This document shows, in pieces, positions 17,422-27,714 of a DNA stretch of 64,000 nt (positions are counted from its first letter, which is position 1; each line of letters starts with the position of its first letter). Under the pieces are notes generated by a model. The model did not search any database. It was given only the letters and a program-made list of their open reading frames with translations, and was not told the origin of the DNA. The stretch lies in NCBI GenBank assembly GCA_001816585.1, contig MHCJ01000001.1:21538-85537 (forward strand), in the 5' to 3' direction. The translations under genes were made by a program, and so were the position numbers. The DNA is from Candidatus Chisholmbacteria bacterium RIFCSPHIGHO2_01_FULL_52_32 (GTDB taxonomy: Bacteria; Patescibacteriota; Microgenomatia; UBA1400; Chisholmbacteraceae).

Positions 17422-18798
17422 CTAACCATATATTTTTTTACGAATAGTAGAAAGATCGATGCGCAAGGATTCGGAATCGGAAAGCTCGTTGCTGATTTTT
17501 TCGATGGCATGCATGACCGTAGTGTGATCGCGCCCCCCGAGAAGACCCCCAATTTCCTCAAGGGGAAGATGGTGGTCCATGCGAAGGATATACATCGCAA
17601 GGTGCCGCGGCCCAACATAGATCTTTAGCCGCTTTGGTCCCTCAAGGATGGAGGATTTGAGGTTGAAGTGAGCGGCAACGATATGAATAACCTCCTTGGG
17701 TCGTGCGGTCGGCCGCAAGCGAGCCTCTCGATCGTTAAGATTGGATAAAAGGCCGCGTACGAGCTCTTCGGAGATTGGCTGGTTACGAAGCCGTGCTTCA
17801 GAAACGAGACGGGTCAAAAACCCCTCGAGTTTACGGGCGCTCTCAACATTTGCAGAGATGAGCTTTGCCGCATCGATGGGAAGAGTAACATGAAGCGTTC
17901 TGGCTTTAATAAGAAGAATGGCGGTCCGGAGCTCAAAATTAGGTTGTTGAATATCGATAATCAAGCCTCCCTCAAAACGGCTTCGCAGCCGATCCTCAAG
18001 GCCATCAATCGCGTGAGGGGGTTGGTCTGAAACCAGAACAACCTGTCCCCCTTCGCGTTGAATGGCATTGAAGGTATGGAAAAATTCCTCCTGTACCGTG
18101 GCTTTCCCAGCGATGAACTGGATGTCATCGATGAAGAGAGCGCTTGCGCTGCGGTACTTTTTCTTGAAAGGATGGGTCTCTTTCCGCCGGATGGCCTCGA
18201 TGATTTCGTTGGTAAATTCTTCCCCAGTACAATAGATGAGGGAAAGGTCCGGATGGTCTTTGAGCATCACATGACAAATGGCCTGGGTGAGGTGGGTTTT
18301 CCCCACCCCGACACCCCCGTAAATATAGAGGAGATTGTAGGCTCGTCCGGGAGACTTTGCCACCGCCTGTGCCGCGGCATGGGCCATCTCATTTGAGGAA
18401 GAAACCGCAAATGTTTCGAAAGTAAAGTCCTCCCGAAGCCGGACCCGCAGGACAGCGTCATGGTAAAGCTGAGCGAAGGTATCTTCTGATCGAAAAAGGG
18501 GGGCAGCTTCAGAAATTGGGACAGACGGGGCAGCGGTGAAACTGGCAACGGTTAAGACCAGCTCATTGTTTTGTTTGGTGATGCGATCCAACGCCTCTTT
18601 TATCTGGCCGACGTAGCGTTCTTCAATGAATTGCTTGTGATATGCGCTTGAGCAGGCAATCTCGACGATCTGTCGGCCAACATCAACCTGTTGAACCCGT
18701 ACCAGGTGAGTCGGAGCCATCCACGTCATAAAATTACCGTGGGATAACGAGACTTCAAGGTCGGACAGAACAGTTTTCCACAATTGAGCTGTGGTCAT
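17422..18798 (-). CDS. dnaA: Chromosomal replication initiator
   Basis: YNLLYIYGGVGVGKTHL, FIDDIQF, QEEFFHTFN, RLRSRF, GGRDHTTVMHA; true start MTTAQLW at 18798. Confidence 0.98.
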   Translation of the reverse strand: MTTAQLWKTVLSDLEVSLSHGNFMTWMAPTHLVRVQQVDVGRQIVEIACSSAYHKQFIEERYVGQIKEALDRITKQNNELVLTVASFTAAPSVPISEAAPLFRSEDTFAQLYHDAVLRVRLREDFTFETFAVSSSNEMAHAAAQAVAKSPGRAYNLLYIYGGVGVGKTHLTQAICHVMLKDHPDLSLIYCTGEEFTNEIIEAIRRKETHPFKKKYRSASALFIDDIQFIAGKATVQEEFFHTFNAIQREGGQVVLVSDQPPHAIDGLEDRLRSRFEGGLIIDIQQPNFELRTAILLIKARTLHVTLPIDAAKLISANVESARKLEGFLTRLVSEARLRNQPISEELVRGLLSNLNDREARLRPTARPKEVIHIVAAHFNLKSSILEGPKRLKIYVGPRHLAMYILRMDHHLPLEEIGGLLGGRDHTTVMHAIEKISNELSDSESLRIDLSTIRKKIYG

Positions 18799-18885
18799 AG
18801 CAGTCAAGAGGCAGGGGAAAACCAGGTTAGTAACAGGCGGCCCTACAAAAGGGGAAGGAACCGCAAGCGTGAAGATCTTTGCAAG

Positions 18886-18993
18886 TTTTCCACAATTAGT
18901 CAACCCACAGATTCCCCAAAAGTGGAAAAAATAATGAGGCGCAAGCGGACGCGTACCCGCGCTATCGTCCGGTTCTTCAACCGACGTGGAAAA
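18886..18993. promoter_or_regulatory. DnaA boxes in the dnaA-rpmH intergenic region
   Basis: TTTTCCACA at 18886; variants AGTGGAAAA at 18921 and CGTGGAAAA at 18985. Confidence 0.65.
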
Positions 18994-19042
18994 GCGAAAC
19001 CGGGGGTGGTAGAATACGTTTAAACAGAGAAAGGGGCTGAAG

Positions 19043-19195
19043 ATGCCAAAAAGAACCTGGCAACCAAAAAAAAGAAAGCGGGCCAAAAAGCACGGCTTCC
19101 GAAACAGACAAAGCACAAAACAGGGAAGAAAGACGATGAAAAGAAGACGCGCGAAGGGAAGGAAAACGCTCGCAGTAGTGGTAAAGAGGCGATAG
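19043..19195 (+). CDS. rpmH: 50S ribosomal protein L34 (not in the ORF track)
   Basis: Manual translation: [50 protein letters not shown]; divergent from dnaA, upstream of rnpA. Confidence 0.97.
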   Translation: MPKRTWQPKKRKRAKKHGFRNRQSTKQGRKTMKRRRAKGRKTLAVVVKRR

Positions 19196-19217
19196 CATCT
19201 TTATCTCCCCTCTCTGG

Positions 19218-19252
19218 AACTTTTCACTTTTCACTTTTAACTTTAAACTGTA
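19218..19252 (+). repeat. Five 7-mer units (AACTTTT CACTTTT CACTTTT AACTTTA AACTGTA) 10 nt before the rnpA ATG
   Basis: Directly visible in the rpmH-rnpA gap. Confidence 0.9.
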
Positions 19253-19262
19253 TTCTTTCCCT

Positions 19263-19613
19263 ATGTTCCCAAAGCCAAACCGCCTAGAGCTCCGCTCTGA
19301 AATTGGCAGGCTGAAAAGCAGAGGCAAGCGCACGCAAGGGGAAATGATTGATCTTGTGGTGGCGCCAAGGGAGGAAAGCCTCTCCCCCCGCTTCGCCTGC
19401 ATCGTAACGAAAAAAATTGCCAAACAGGCAACCGAAAGAAACCGGGTGAAACGGCTTCTCCGCGCAGGTACTCGTGCGCTCCTCAAGGATATCAGAGGTG
19501 GGAGTGATGTCCTGATTATCGCGAAAGCACCCGCTGTAGGCAGAGGAGAAAAAAGGGTACAGGAAGAACTGCGCCGAACTCTGAAGAAAGCTGGCCTGAT
19601 AGAGGAAACCTAG
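19263..19613 (+). CDS. rnpA: Ribonuclease P protein component
   Basis: IVTKKIAKQATERNRVKRLLR (RNR motif); synteny. Confidence 0.95.
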   Translation: MFPKPNRLELRSEIGRLKSRGKRTQGEMIDLVVAPREESLSPRFACIVTKKIAKQATERNRVKRLLRAGTRALLKDIRGGSDVLIIAKAPAVGRGEKRVQEELRRTLKKAGLIEET

Positions 19614-19856
19614 ATGCTAAAATCCTTTGCACGCTCGCTCACTCGCCTCTATCAGAGAGCCGCGCCATACAGAAACGCCTTGGTAAAAATCATCAATCCT
19701 TCGGCAGAGAAGTCCTGTAGATTCACACCGACCTGCTCACAGTATATGTATGAGGCGATCGAAAGGTATGGTATAGTAAAAGGCATTCTTCTGGGAGGAA
19801 GAAGAATCCTGCGTTGCCATCCGTGGTCGGTTGGAGGCTACGACCCGGTGCCCTGA
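19614..19856 (+). CDS. yidD: Membrane protein insertion efficiency factor
   Basis: [10 protein letters not shown]...RILRCHPW...GGYDPVP. Confidence 0.95.
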   Translation: MLKSFARSLTRLYQRAAPYRNALVKIINPSAEKSCRFTPTCSQYMYEAIERYGIVKGILLGGRRILRCHPWSVGGYDPVP

Positions 19857-19913
19857 AGAACAAGCAAAGCCAAGAAAAAACAGGGGGAGAACCTCGAATC
19901 GGGAAGACAGCAA

Positions 19914-20696
19914 ATGGAAATATTCAAAATCCTACTCTATCAACCATTGCTAAAGGGCTTAATTTTCCTCACGGGAATGTTTGCCGGGAGCTTCGGGGTG
20001 GCCATTATTGTCTTCACCTTTTTGATCCGAGCCATCCTCATTCCCCTCTCTCTTCCGGCCATGAAATCAGCAAAGAAGATGAAAGATTTAAAACCACACT
20101 TGGATGAGATAAAGAAACGTTTTGGGAATGACAAGAAAAGAGTCCAGATGGAACAACTCAATCTCTATAAGGAGCACGGGATAAACCCGGCCGCAGGGTG
20201 CATTCCCACCTTGGTGCAGTTTGCAGTACTCATCGCCATTTATCAGGTCTTCATCGACTTCATCGGGAAGGGGGCGGTGGATTCTCACACTGTCAATATG
20301 AGTTTTTTATGGATGGACCTCTCAAAGCCCGATCAATGGTATATCCTTCCGATATTTGCAGGCGTTTCACAGTTGGCGCTCTCCCAAATGCTCATGGCTG
20401 GAAAGGAACACCACGAACAGAAAGACCTCAAGCCCGCTGTCGTCAGTGAGGAAAAATCGAAAAGCGCGCCAACCAAACAGGAGGGTACCCAAGAAATGGC
20501 GGAGGCAATCCAACAGCAGATGCTGTATGTGATGCCGGTGATGACGGCCCTGATCGCTCTGAGGCTTCCTTCGGGGCTCGCGGTATATTGGGTAGCCACG
20601 ACGGTGTTCTCAATCATTCAGCAGTATGTCGTCAGTGGACCGGGCGGTCTGGCTACGGTGGTAGACAGGCTAAAAGGAGGGATTCGACATGGATGA
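19914..20696 (+). CDS. yidC: YidC/Oxa1 membrane protein insertase (short form)
   Basis: FGVAIIVFTFLIR, LYKEHGINPAAGCIP, PSGLAVYW. Confidence 0.95.
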   Translation: MEIFKILLYQPLLKGLIFLTGMFAGSFGVAIIVFTFLIRAILIPLSLPAMKSAKKMKDLKPHLDEIKKRFGNDKKRVQMEQLNLYKEHGINPAAGCIPTLVQFAVLIAIYQVFIDFIGKGAVDSHTVNMSFLWMDLSKPDQWYILPIFAGVSQLALSQMLMAGKEHHEQKDLKPAVVSEEKSKSAPTKQEGTQEMAEAIQQQMLYVMPVMTALIALRLPSGLAVYWVATTVFSIIQQYVVSGPGGLATVVDRLKGGIRHG

Positions 20697-21204
20697 AAGG
20701 ACGCTGGCGGAGAACACCGCAAAAGAACTTTTGGAGAAACTGGGGTTTTCAAATGCCACGATTGCCACAACTGAGGATGAGGAAAAAAGGCTGAACATCC
20801 AGATTGACGTGGAACCCGAAGATTCAGGAATGCTGATTGGATTTCATGGGGAAACGCTTCAGGCGATGCAGTTGATTCTCTCCCAGATGATCTACAAACA
20901 GGCGGGACAATGGCGGACAATAACCGTAAACATTGGTGATTACCGGCAGAAGCGCCAACTTGCGTTGGAAAGCATGGCTGCAAATGCAGCCCAAAGGGTA
21001 AAGCTCACTGGCCTTAGCCTAACCTTGCCGTATCTCTCAAGTTATGAACGCCGCCTGATTCACCTCGCTATCTCCCAAGATCCGGGATTGGAAACCTTTT
21101 CTCAGGGAGAAGGGAAGGACCGCCGACTGGTAATTGCCCCGAAAAAGGATATGGTGAAGGAAGAACAACCCGAATCAGAAAACAACTCCAAACCGAATGC
21201 GTAA
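20689..21204 (+). CDS. jag: Jag/KhpB-like KH-R3H RNA-binding protein
   Basis: LIGFHGETLQAMQ (KH), ERRLIH (R3H), SQGEGKDRRLVI; follows yidC. Confidence 0.9.
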   Translation: MDERTLAENTAKELLEKLGFSNATIATTEDEEKRLNIQIDVEPEDSGMLIGFHGETLQAMQLILSQMIYKQAGQWRTITVNIGDYRQKRQLALESMAANAAQRVKLTGLSLTLPYLSSYERRLIHLAISQDPGLETFSQGEGKDRRLVIAPKKDMVKEEQPESENNSKPNA

Positions 21205-22498
21205 AAAGCTTCTTTCCGTTGAGAGGGTAATCTTGGCGGCGCTGATCATCCTCTTACCCACCCAGACGGGAAAGCATTTCTGGCCAGCCTTCGCCTACAT
21301 CAACGGAATCCGCGTTGATTACCTCTCCCCGACCCTTTATTGCACGGATCTCCTGATCCTTGCCCTTGTCTTGATATGGGTCATGAGAAAGGGGCACGGA
21401 CACGGAAAAAAGCTGATGACCAAAAGAGGGGCAATCGGAATTGGATTAAGCCTGCTTTGTATTGGTCTAAACACCGCAGGCTCGACTAGACCATTCCTAA
21501 CCCTCTACGCCTGGGCGAAGCTGGGGATAGCCGCGTCCCTGTTCTGGTATGTCAAATCCGAAGCGGTCTCAATCTTGAAATCCGTACATTCCTTTCTTCC
21601 GATCGCCCTGACACTTTCATCCCTGCTCGCCATTGCTCAAACGGTAAAGCAGAGTTCGCTCGGAGGCCCCTGGTACTTGCTTGGAGAACGTTGGTTTTCG
21701 CTTGCAACGCCGGGAATAGCCACCACCCAAATATGGGGAAGATTATTTCTTAGGCCCTATGCCACATTTCCCCACCCCAACGCCCTCGCCGGCTTCATCC
21801 TCGCCTCCTTGCTCTTCATGCTGGGAGATAGCCGTAGACAGAAAACTATCTCTACAGGAACAATGGTTACCCTCGGTCTCAGTACTCTCGCAATTGCCCT
21901 GTCTTTCTCCCAATCTGCCTGGATCGTGACGCTTCTTGCCGCGGGCGTGCTGCTGGTAAGGAAATTTGGTAAAAAAGCCGTCCCCTTGCTGATTATCGCG
22001 GCACTCGTGTTCTTCTGGACAATGAAAGAATTTCCCTTGGAGAAGGATTCGATCCTTCTTCGCCAAATCGGTTCGAGGGCCGCGATAACGATGATCGAAA
22101 GCCACACAGCCCTGGGGGTCGGTTTAGGCAACTTTATTCCAAGCCTCGATTTCCTCGAGCCAAGAAAGTCTGTCATCCCGTCCCCCTTTCTTTTTTATCA
22201 GCCTGTCCATAATGTCTTTCTTCTTCTGGGTGCGGAAATCGGCCTCCTCGGTCTCGTAGGTTTCGTATGGCTTTTTGGAAAAGGTCTATCTGAAGCCAGC
22301 CGGAAGGGGATGATCGGGACGGCCTCTTCACTTGGCGTAATACTTCTGCTCGGTTTTGTCGATCATTATTGGATCACGCTTCAACAAACCCGACTGCTCT
22401 TTATAATCATTCTCGCCACCGCTTTTAGGACAACTCCCAAACAAAGTCTGCACCACCAGCCGAATGACAGAACCTTGCTAAAGTCTCATTCAAGATGA
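21197..22498 (+). CDS. O-antigen ligase/Wzy_C family membrane protein
   Basis: RPYATFPHPNALAG, SFSQSAW, GVGLGNF, PVHNVFLL..AEIG. Confidence 0.85.
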   Translation: MRKKLLSVERVILAALIILLPTQTGKHFWPAFAYINGIRVDYLSPTLYCTDLLILALVLIWVMRKGHGHGKKLMTKRGAIGIGLSLLCIGLNTAGSTRPFLTLYAWAKLGIAASLFWYVKSEAVSILKSVHSFLPIALTLSSLLAIAQTVKQSSLGGPWYLLGERWFSLATPGIATTQIWGRLFLRPYATFPHPNALAGFILASLLFMLGDSRRQKTISTGTMVTLGLSTLAIALSFSQSAWIVTLLAAGVLLVRKFGKKAVPLLIIAALVFFWTMKEFPLEKDSILLRQIGSRAAITMIESHTALGVGLGNFIPSLDFLEPRKSVIPSPFLFYQPVHNVFLLLGAEIGLLGLVGFVWLFGKGLSEASRKGMIGTASSLGVILLLGFVDHYWITLQQTRLLFIIILATAFRTTPKQSLHHQPNDRTLLKSHSR

Positions 22499-22609
22499 TG
22501 CAGATGATTGCTCAAGCATTGAACACCGGGATAACAGAAGGCCGTATTCTTTTCTTGAGCGTAGTGATGGTGTTAAAATTAACACATCTCTGTATGGAAT
22601 GGGAGAGCG

Positions 22610-23107
22610 ATGAACAATAACACCAACCGGGAAAAAGATACCGAGTTTTCCATTTACTGTGACGGCGGGGCCCGTGGCAACCCGGGGCCGGCGGCAATTG
22701 GTTTTGTGGTCAGAGGCGCTGAAGGGAAACCGATGCACCGCGAAGCCCGCGAGATAGGAAAGGCAACCAACAACATGGCAGAATACCAAGCGGTTATCGC
22801 CGCACTTGAATGGCTTGCAAAGTATAAAACCACCAACAGCCTTCCAAGAGAAATAAGGGTTTTTCTCGACTCGCGCCTAGTAGTGAACCAGCTAAACGGG
22901 ATGTTTAGGGTAAAAGACGCAAAACTCAAAGGCTTGACTCTTCGAGTCAGGGAACTAGAGAGAGCTTCCGGTCTGACGGTAGGAAATGAAGAGTTGTTTG
23001 TTAGTAAACGGGAAAACGCAGTCTCCTATGAAGCAATTCCCCGCGAAATGAACACCGAAGCAGATAGTCTTGTCAACGCCGCCCTCGATAAACTTCCTAT
23101 ACCGTGA
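22610..23107 (+). CDS. rnhA: Ribonuclease HI family protein
   Basis: YCDGGARGNPGPAA, TNNMAEY, DSRLVVNQ, IPREMNTEAD. Confidence 0.92.
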   Translation: MNNNTNREKDTEFSIYCDGGARGNPGPAAIGFVVRGAEGKPMHREAREIGKATNNMAEYQAVIAALEWLAKYKTTNSLPREIRVFLDSRLVVNQLNGMFRVKDAKLKGLTLRVRELERASGLTVGNEELFVSKRENAVSYEAIPREMNTEADSLVNAALDKLPIP

Positions 23108-23468
23108 TCCCCTGACACACCGAAAAAGCCGAAAAGTTGAAAAATCGAGTCGCGAAAATCATTCGAGACAAACAACTTTAAGATGGTCTAAAACATAAAC
23201 ATTATGGGTTAAGAAAAAAGTGAGAATAAGACAGGCAAAGAAAAAAAGGGAACTCAAGCGAAGACATGTGAAAAGAAGTCATAACGAAAAAAGTGCGTAA
23301 CAAGGGGCAAAAAAGCCACCTCAACCAGACAAAGAAGAAATAGAAAAAGAGTAAGAAAGATAAAGACTAATCAGAAAAAGAATTCTCCAGGCCGTAGTGG
23401 GGAAGAACCCGAAACATTATTGCTCTGCCACACGCAATTGAGTAACATGAAAGTCAAAAGCAGGAACA

Positions 23469-26369
23469 ATGAAGGAAGAAGCATACGGAAAACCGCCTCC
23501 CAAAGTTGAAATTACGGACAGCCTTTCGATAGCGCTCGTTGTCTCAAGCGAAAGCTTTATCGGACCACGGCTTGCCGCGGAACTCCTTAAGCTTCCATTG
23601 AAAGTGATGTTCCTCGCACAAGGCGAAGCAGATGAAGTAAAGCATTTAGTTCCGAACGAACGCTTTGCGCTCATCCGGCAGGAAGATCTTTTCAGTCCGA
23701 AGAAAGATGAACTAACCATAAACTACATCTTTCATATTCACCAGGAAAATGGGGAAGTAGGACCAGCAAACAGCCAGCACGAACGGGAAGAGATACAAGA
23801 GATTGCTCGGAATAAACAAGCAAAATATGAAGAAATCCAAATCGCCGGCGGAGACAGGAACATCGCCAGTATCACTTCAGCTCTCGAAACGATCGAACCA
23901 AAAGAGGACAACGACAACCTCCGCTTGATCAAGGTGATAGACCCATACGGCCCCCGGATGCCATTGACAGGCGAAAGGTTCCTCGAAAAGTGTTTTCAGG
24001 GAATGAAACGGAAAGAGCTTGAAATTGTCGGAGAGGGATTAAACCCGCTCTACCCGCTGTTCGTATCGGATGCAGTGTCCGCACTCATCAAGGCCATGTT
24101 TAGCGAAAGCGCGGCAGGGAAAACCCTCATCATTGGAGGAGGAAGGGAGATCACAGCCCTCAATCTTGCCTACAAGCTTCGCGAAATGAACTTTCGCGAA
24201 ACCGGCGAGCTCGTTGCAATGAAGTTTATCAATGAACCAGACCGAAATGAAAATGAAGACGTCCTACTGTCACGCCGAGACCTGAAAGAAAAGTTGAGAG
24301 AAGCCCAAACAATCCTTGAATGGAAACCGCAAACAGAGCTCGAAGAAGGGTTGACTGAAACTCTCCGGGCAGTGAACCGGACACAACCAGAAGATACCGA
24401 GTCTCCGAAAGATACTAGCCAACCAAACAACCATAAGCGAAGACAGGAATTGAACTATCCACCAGACTTCCACGAGGGAATCAAAACTACCCTACGACCG
24501 TTGAAAAATGACAAAAGATGGAAAGTAGCAACACTCACAATGCTAGCCTTGATAATTGTGCCGCTCTTAATCCTCACACAAACAATCGGAGCGGGGATGC
24601 TCGCTTTGGCTCAAGCGACAAGGGAAGTCAAACAGGCAAACTTTTTAAGTTCCCAAAAAACCGCACAGAAGGCGACATCGCGTTTTGTACTGGCGAGACA
24701 GGAATTTCTCCTTATTGCATCGATCTTCCCAAATAAACTGAGACAAACCTCCCTCGCGCAAAGGATTGAAGAGGCGTTAACCGCAGGCGAGCTCCTCGCC
24801 CGAGCCGTAGAACATCTGGGTAAGACCGGAAGCTACGCGACGCAAACCAGAGACGTCATCCTGGGGAAGTCAGACAACCCGTTGGACGAGCAAATCGGGA
24901 AGATAGCTACCGAACTAAAGGAGCTTTTCATCAAGCTCTCTTTGATTGAAACGATCGTTGAGAATAATGCGGGAGGGAAACCAGGGATGTTGGTGGAGCC
25001 CCTCCAAGACGGTATAGAAACAATCAAAACCACGATTAAGGCAAGCAAGTCGCTAGTTCTTGATGCCCAAAAGCTCACCAATCTTTTGGGAAAGCTACTC
25101 ACACCTGGGGAAAAACAGACGTATCTCGTACTCCTCCAAAATAGTGCAGAATTACGCCCAACCGGAGGATTTATTGGGTCCTATGCCTTACTTGACTTTC
25201 AGGACGCCAAGCTCATGGGATTCACTGTTGAAGACGTCTATGTAGCGGATGGACAACTAAAAGGACACGTGGAGCCGCCCCCACCGATCAAGAAGTATTT
25301 GGGGGAGGGAGGCTGGTATCTACGGGATGCGAATTGGAATGCAGATTTCCCAACTTCGGCAAGACAGATAGAATGGTTCTTCGAAAAAGAAACTGGAACA
25401 AAGGTCGATGGAACAATTGCCATCAATCTTTATGTCGTGCGGGAATTCCTCCGCGCTCTTGGACCTGTGGAGCTGGTGGACTACCAGGCGACCATCACTC
25501 CGGATAATCTCTTTCAGATTGCGGAAACAACAAGCGAACTAAACAGCTTTCCTGGCACAACCCAAAAAAAGGACTTTCTTGGGAGTCTGTCAAGAAGTCT
25601 ATTTTTAAGGCTTCAAGAGGCTGACCCGAAGACGCTCATCCGGGTCACTCAAGCGCTCGTCACTTCTTTGGATCAAGGTCAACTGCTCATTACATCCCAT
25701 GATGGAGAAGCACAAAGAACCCTTCGCAATCTCGGTTGGGATGGCAGCTTACGGGAGGTAAACTGCAACCAGGGAGAGGGAGAAGAATCTTGTCATCCCA
25801 GCTTCTTTGCGATCAGCGAAGCGAATGTTGGGGTCAACAAGGCAAATTATTTTGTAGACAGGGCAATCACTCTGGCGCAACGCTTGCAAAGGGAACTCAC
25901 CCAAACGACCTTAACCGTTCGTTACCAGAATCACAGCCAAACGGAATCCTGGCCGGGAGGCACGTACAAGAACTATCTAAGGGTATATTTTGAGAAGGGC
26001 GGGAAAGCGGTTTCGGTTAAGGTAGATGGAGAGGAGGTAAGGCAAAACATAGACTTGGGCGTTGAGCAAGGTAAAATGGTCATCGGGTTCTTGGTTGACA
26101 TCCCCACCCAGAGCCAGAAGACGGTGGAAATCGTCTTCCAGACCGGCCCGCTCCTCATGAAAGATGGGATGGCCAAAGCAGTACTTCTGCTCCAAAAACA
26201 GCCTGGTACCCAGGATGATCCGCTGAGAGTTCAGCTCGTAAGTGAAGGGATGGCAGTGAAAAACTCAAATATTCCGTTAATGGTCACCGATCATACCGCG
26301 ACACTCACGCAAAACTTTTCAAGAGACATGAACTTGGTTGTTGAATTTGAGAAAGCCAAAGCAAAGTGA
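23469..26369 (+). CDS. Fusion of a degenerate NAD-dependent epimerase-like domain, a TM helix and a DUF4012 domain
   Basis: N-terminus ESFIGPRLA...YGPRM...LFVSDAV...LEWKPQTELEEGL; C-terminus LLQNSAELRPTGGFIGS, LRDANWNADFPTSA, NVGVNKAN, YKNYLRVY. Confidence 0.8.
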   Translation: MKEEAYGKPPPKVEITDSLSIALVVSSESFIGPRLAAELLKLPLKVMFLAQGEADEVKHLVPNERFALIRQEDLFSPKKDELTINYIFHIHQENGEVGPANSQHEREEIQEIARNKQAKYEEIQIAGGDRNIASITSALETIEPKEDNDNLRLIKVIDPYGPRMPLTGERFLEKCFQGMKRKELEIVGEGLNPLYPLFVSDAVSALIKAMFSESAAGKTLIIGGGREITALNLAYKLREMNFRETGELVAMKFINEPDRNENEDVLLSRRDLKEKLREAQTILEWKPQTELEEGLTETLRAVNRTQPEDTESPKDTSQPNNHKRRQELNYPPDFHEGIKTTLRPLKNDKRWKVATLTMLALIIVPLLILTQTIGAGMLALAQATREVKQANFLSSQKTAQKATSRFVLARQEFLLIASIFPNKLRQTSLAQRIEEALTAGELLARAVEHLGKTGSYATQTRDVILGKSDNPLDEQIGKIATELKELFIKLSLIETIVENNAGGKPGMLVEPLQDGIETIKTTIKASKSLVLDAQKLTNLLGKLLTPGEKQTYLVLLQNSAELRPTGGFIGSYALLDFQDAKLMGFTVEDVYVADGQLKGHVEPPPPIKKYLGEGGWYLRDANWNADFPTSARQIEWFFEKETGTKVDGTIAINLYVVREFLRALGPVELVDYQATITPDNLFQIAETTSELNSFPGTTQKKDFLGSLSRSLFLRLQEADPKTLIRVTQALVTSLDQGQLLITSHDGEAQRTLRNLGWDGSLREVNCNQGEGEESCHPSFFAISEANVGVNKANYFVDRAITLAQRLQRELTQTTLTVRYQNHSQTESWPGGTYKNYLRVYFEKGGKAVSVKVDGEEVRQNIDLGVEQGKMVIGFLVDIPTQSQKTVEIVFQTGPLLMKDGMAKAVLLLQKQPGTQDDPLRVQLVSEGMAVKNSNIPLMVTDHTATLTQNFSRDMNLVVEFEKAKAK

Positions 26370-26404
26370 TAGAATGACACGTCCAAAGAAAGGCTAAGGC
26401 AATA

Positions 26405-27103
26405 ATGGCACAAGTAATGCTTCAGGCTCAAAAGAGACAAATTCTTGGGAGGAAAGTGAAAGCCCTTCGAAAAGCGGGAACGCTTCCCGCCAGCGTCTAT
26501 GGCAAAAAGGTGAAGTCCCTTCCGGTTCAAGTACAGGCCGTGGATTTTGACAAGGTGTTCGCCGCAACGGGCGAGACTGGAATTATTCAGTTAAAGATCG
26601 AGAAAGAGAAAGAAACACGCCCAGTCCTCGCCAAAAACCGACAGAAAGACCCCGTCACAGACAAAATCATCCACATCGACTTTCATCAGGTAGACTTGAA
26701 AGAAAAAGTAACGGTTGCAATCCCAATTGAAACAGCAGGGGAGTCTCCTGCTGTCAAGGAAAAGAGCGCCGTCCTCGTGATGGTATTGGACGAGGTAAAG
26801 GTTGAGGCCCTCCCGCAAGATCTTCCCGAAAAATTTGTGGTTGATATCTCCGGCCTGAAAGAGTTTAACGAAAGTATCCTCGTGAAGGATCTAAAAGTTG
26901 ATCGGCAGAAAGTCAAAATGCTCGCTGACGAGGGAGAAACGGTAGTAATGGTTCAGCAGCCCAAGGAAGAGGTTGAAAAACAACCACCTTCGGTCGAAGC
27001 AGAAGCGGTTCCCGTAGAAGGTGAAGCGGAAATCAAAACCCAGGGAGAAGGAAAGGAACCTCCCCAAGAGAAAAAAGAGGAGAATCAGAAAAAAGAAGGG
27101 TAA
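26405..27103 (+). CDS. rplY: 50S ribosomal protein L25/Ctc
   Basis: LRKAGTLPASVYG, QKDPVTDKIIHIDF, acidic tail. Confidence 0.95.
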   Translation: MAQVMLQAQKRQILGRKVKALRKAGTLPASVYGKKVKSLPVQVQAVDFDKVFAATGETGIIQLKIEKEKETRPVLAKNRQKDPVTDKIIHIDFHQVDLKEKVTVAIPIETAGESPAVKEKSAVLVMVLDEVKVEALPQDLPEKFVVDISGLKEFNESILVKDLKVDRQKVKMLADEGETVVMVQQPKEEVEKQPPSVEAEAVPVEGEAEIKTQGEGKEPPQEKKEENQKKEG

Positions 27104-27159
27104 TTGCATCAACTTCTCCAGGAAAACTCCTGTGTGCCGTGCCAAAAAGGAGCGCCAAG

Positions 27160-27690
27160 CTAGATTCCCATTCCTAAGAGAACCCCTATTTCTAAAACTT
27201 CCGGATGATTGGGATCAAGTTCCCGCGCCAGACGCCAATAGGAAGACGCAAGCTGCAAATCCGAGAGCCTGTAGGACTGAATCGCCATTCGAAGGTAGAG
27301 ATCGCGTGAACCGGGATAGCGGTTTACGACCTTCTTGAGGTTATCGATTTCTTGAGTGATAGTCCGCTCTGCAAAGACGAAAGTGCCAACCTCCTCAAAC
27401 CGACTGCTGATCCCGCGGATCGAAGGTTGAGAGCTGTTAAGAAGGGTGATGGCGCGGTCGAACTCTCTCCGAGCCAAACTGGTGTCTAAAGCTTCTGCGG
27501 CGAGTTCCGAGAGTCGAAGATGGGCGTTGGGGTCCCGTGGTCTCAAAAGCACAACCAATTTGGCACGCTCAAAGGTAGTAAGGGGAGACAGGATATTCAA
27601 AAGCCAAATAAAGAAGATAAGACCGACAAGCCCGACTTTTTTGACAGGGGGAAGAATGAAGCTGAGTTGGTTGAGGGTCTTTATTTCCAT
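27160..27690 (-). CDS. Membrane-anchored TPR-like protein
   Basis: N-terminal TM; PRDPNAHLRL, YPGSRDLYLRMA, ARELDPN helical repeats. Confidence 0.7.
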   Translation of the reverse strand: MEIKTLNQLSFILPPVKKVGLVGLIFFIWLLNILSPLTTFERAKLVVLLRPRDPNAHLRLSELAAEALDTSLARREFDRAITLLNSSQPSIRGISSRFEEVGTFVFAERTITQEIDNLKKVVNRYPGSRDLYLRMAIQSYRLSDLQLASSYWRLARELDPNHPEVLEIGVLLGMGI

Positions 27691-27714
27691 AATTTCCTAT
27701 GATACCGTTATTCT

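Noticed and set aside
18799..19116. 106-aa N-terminal extension of DnaA in the ORF track
   Set aside because: It overlaps rpmH and DnaA boxes; the DnaA domain I pattern begins at MTTAQLW (18798).
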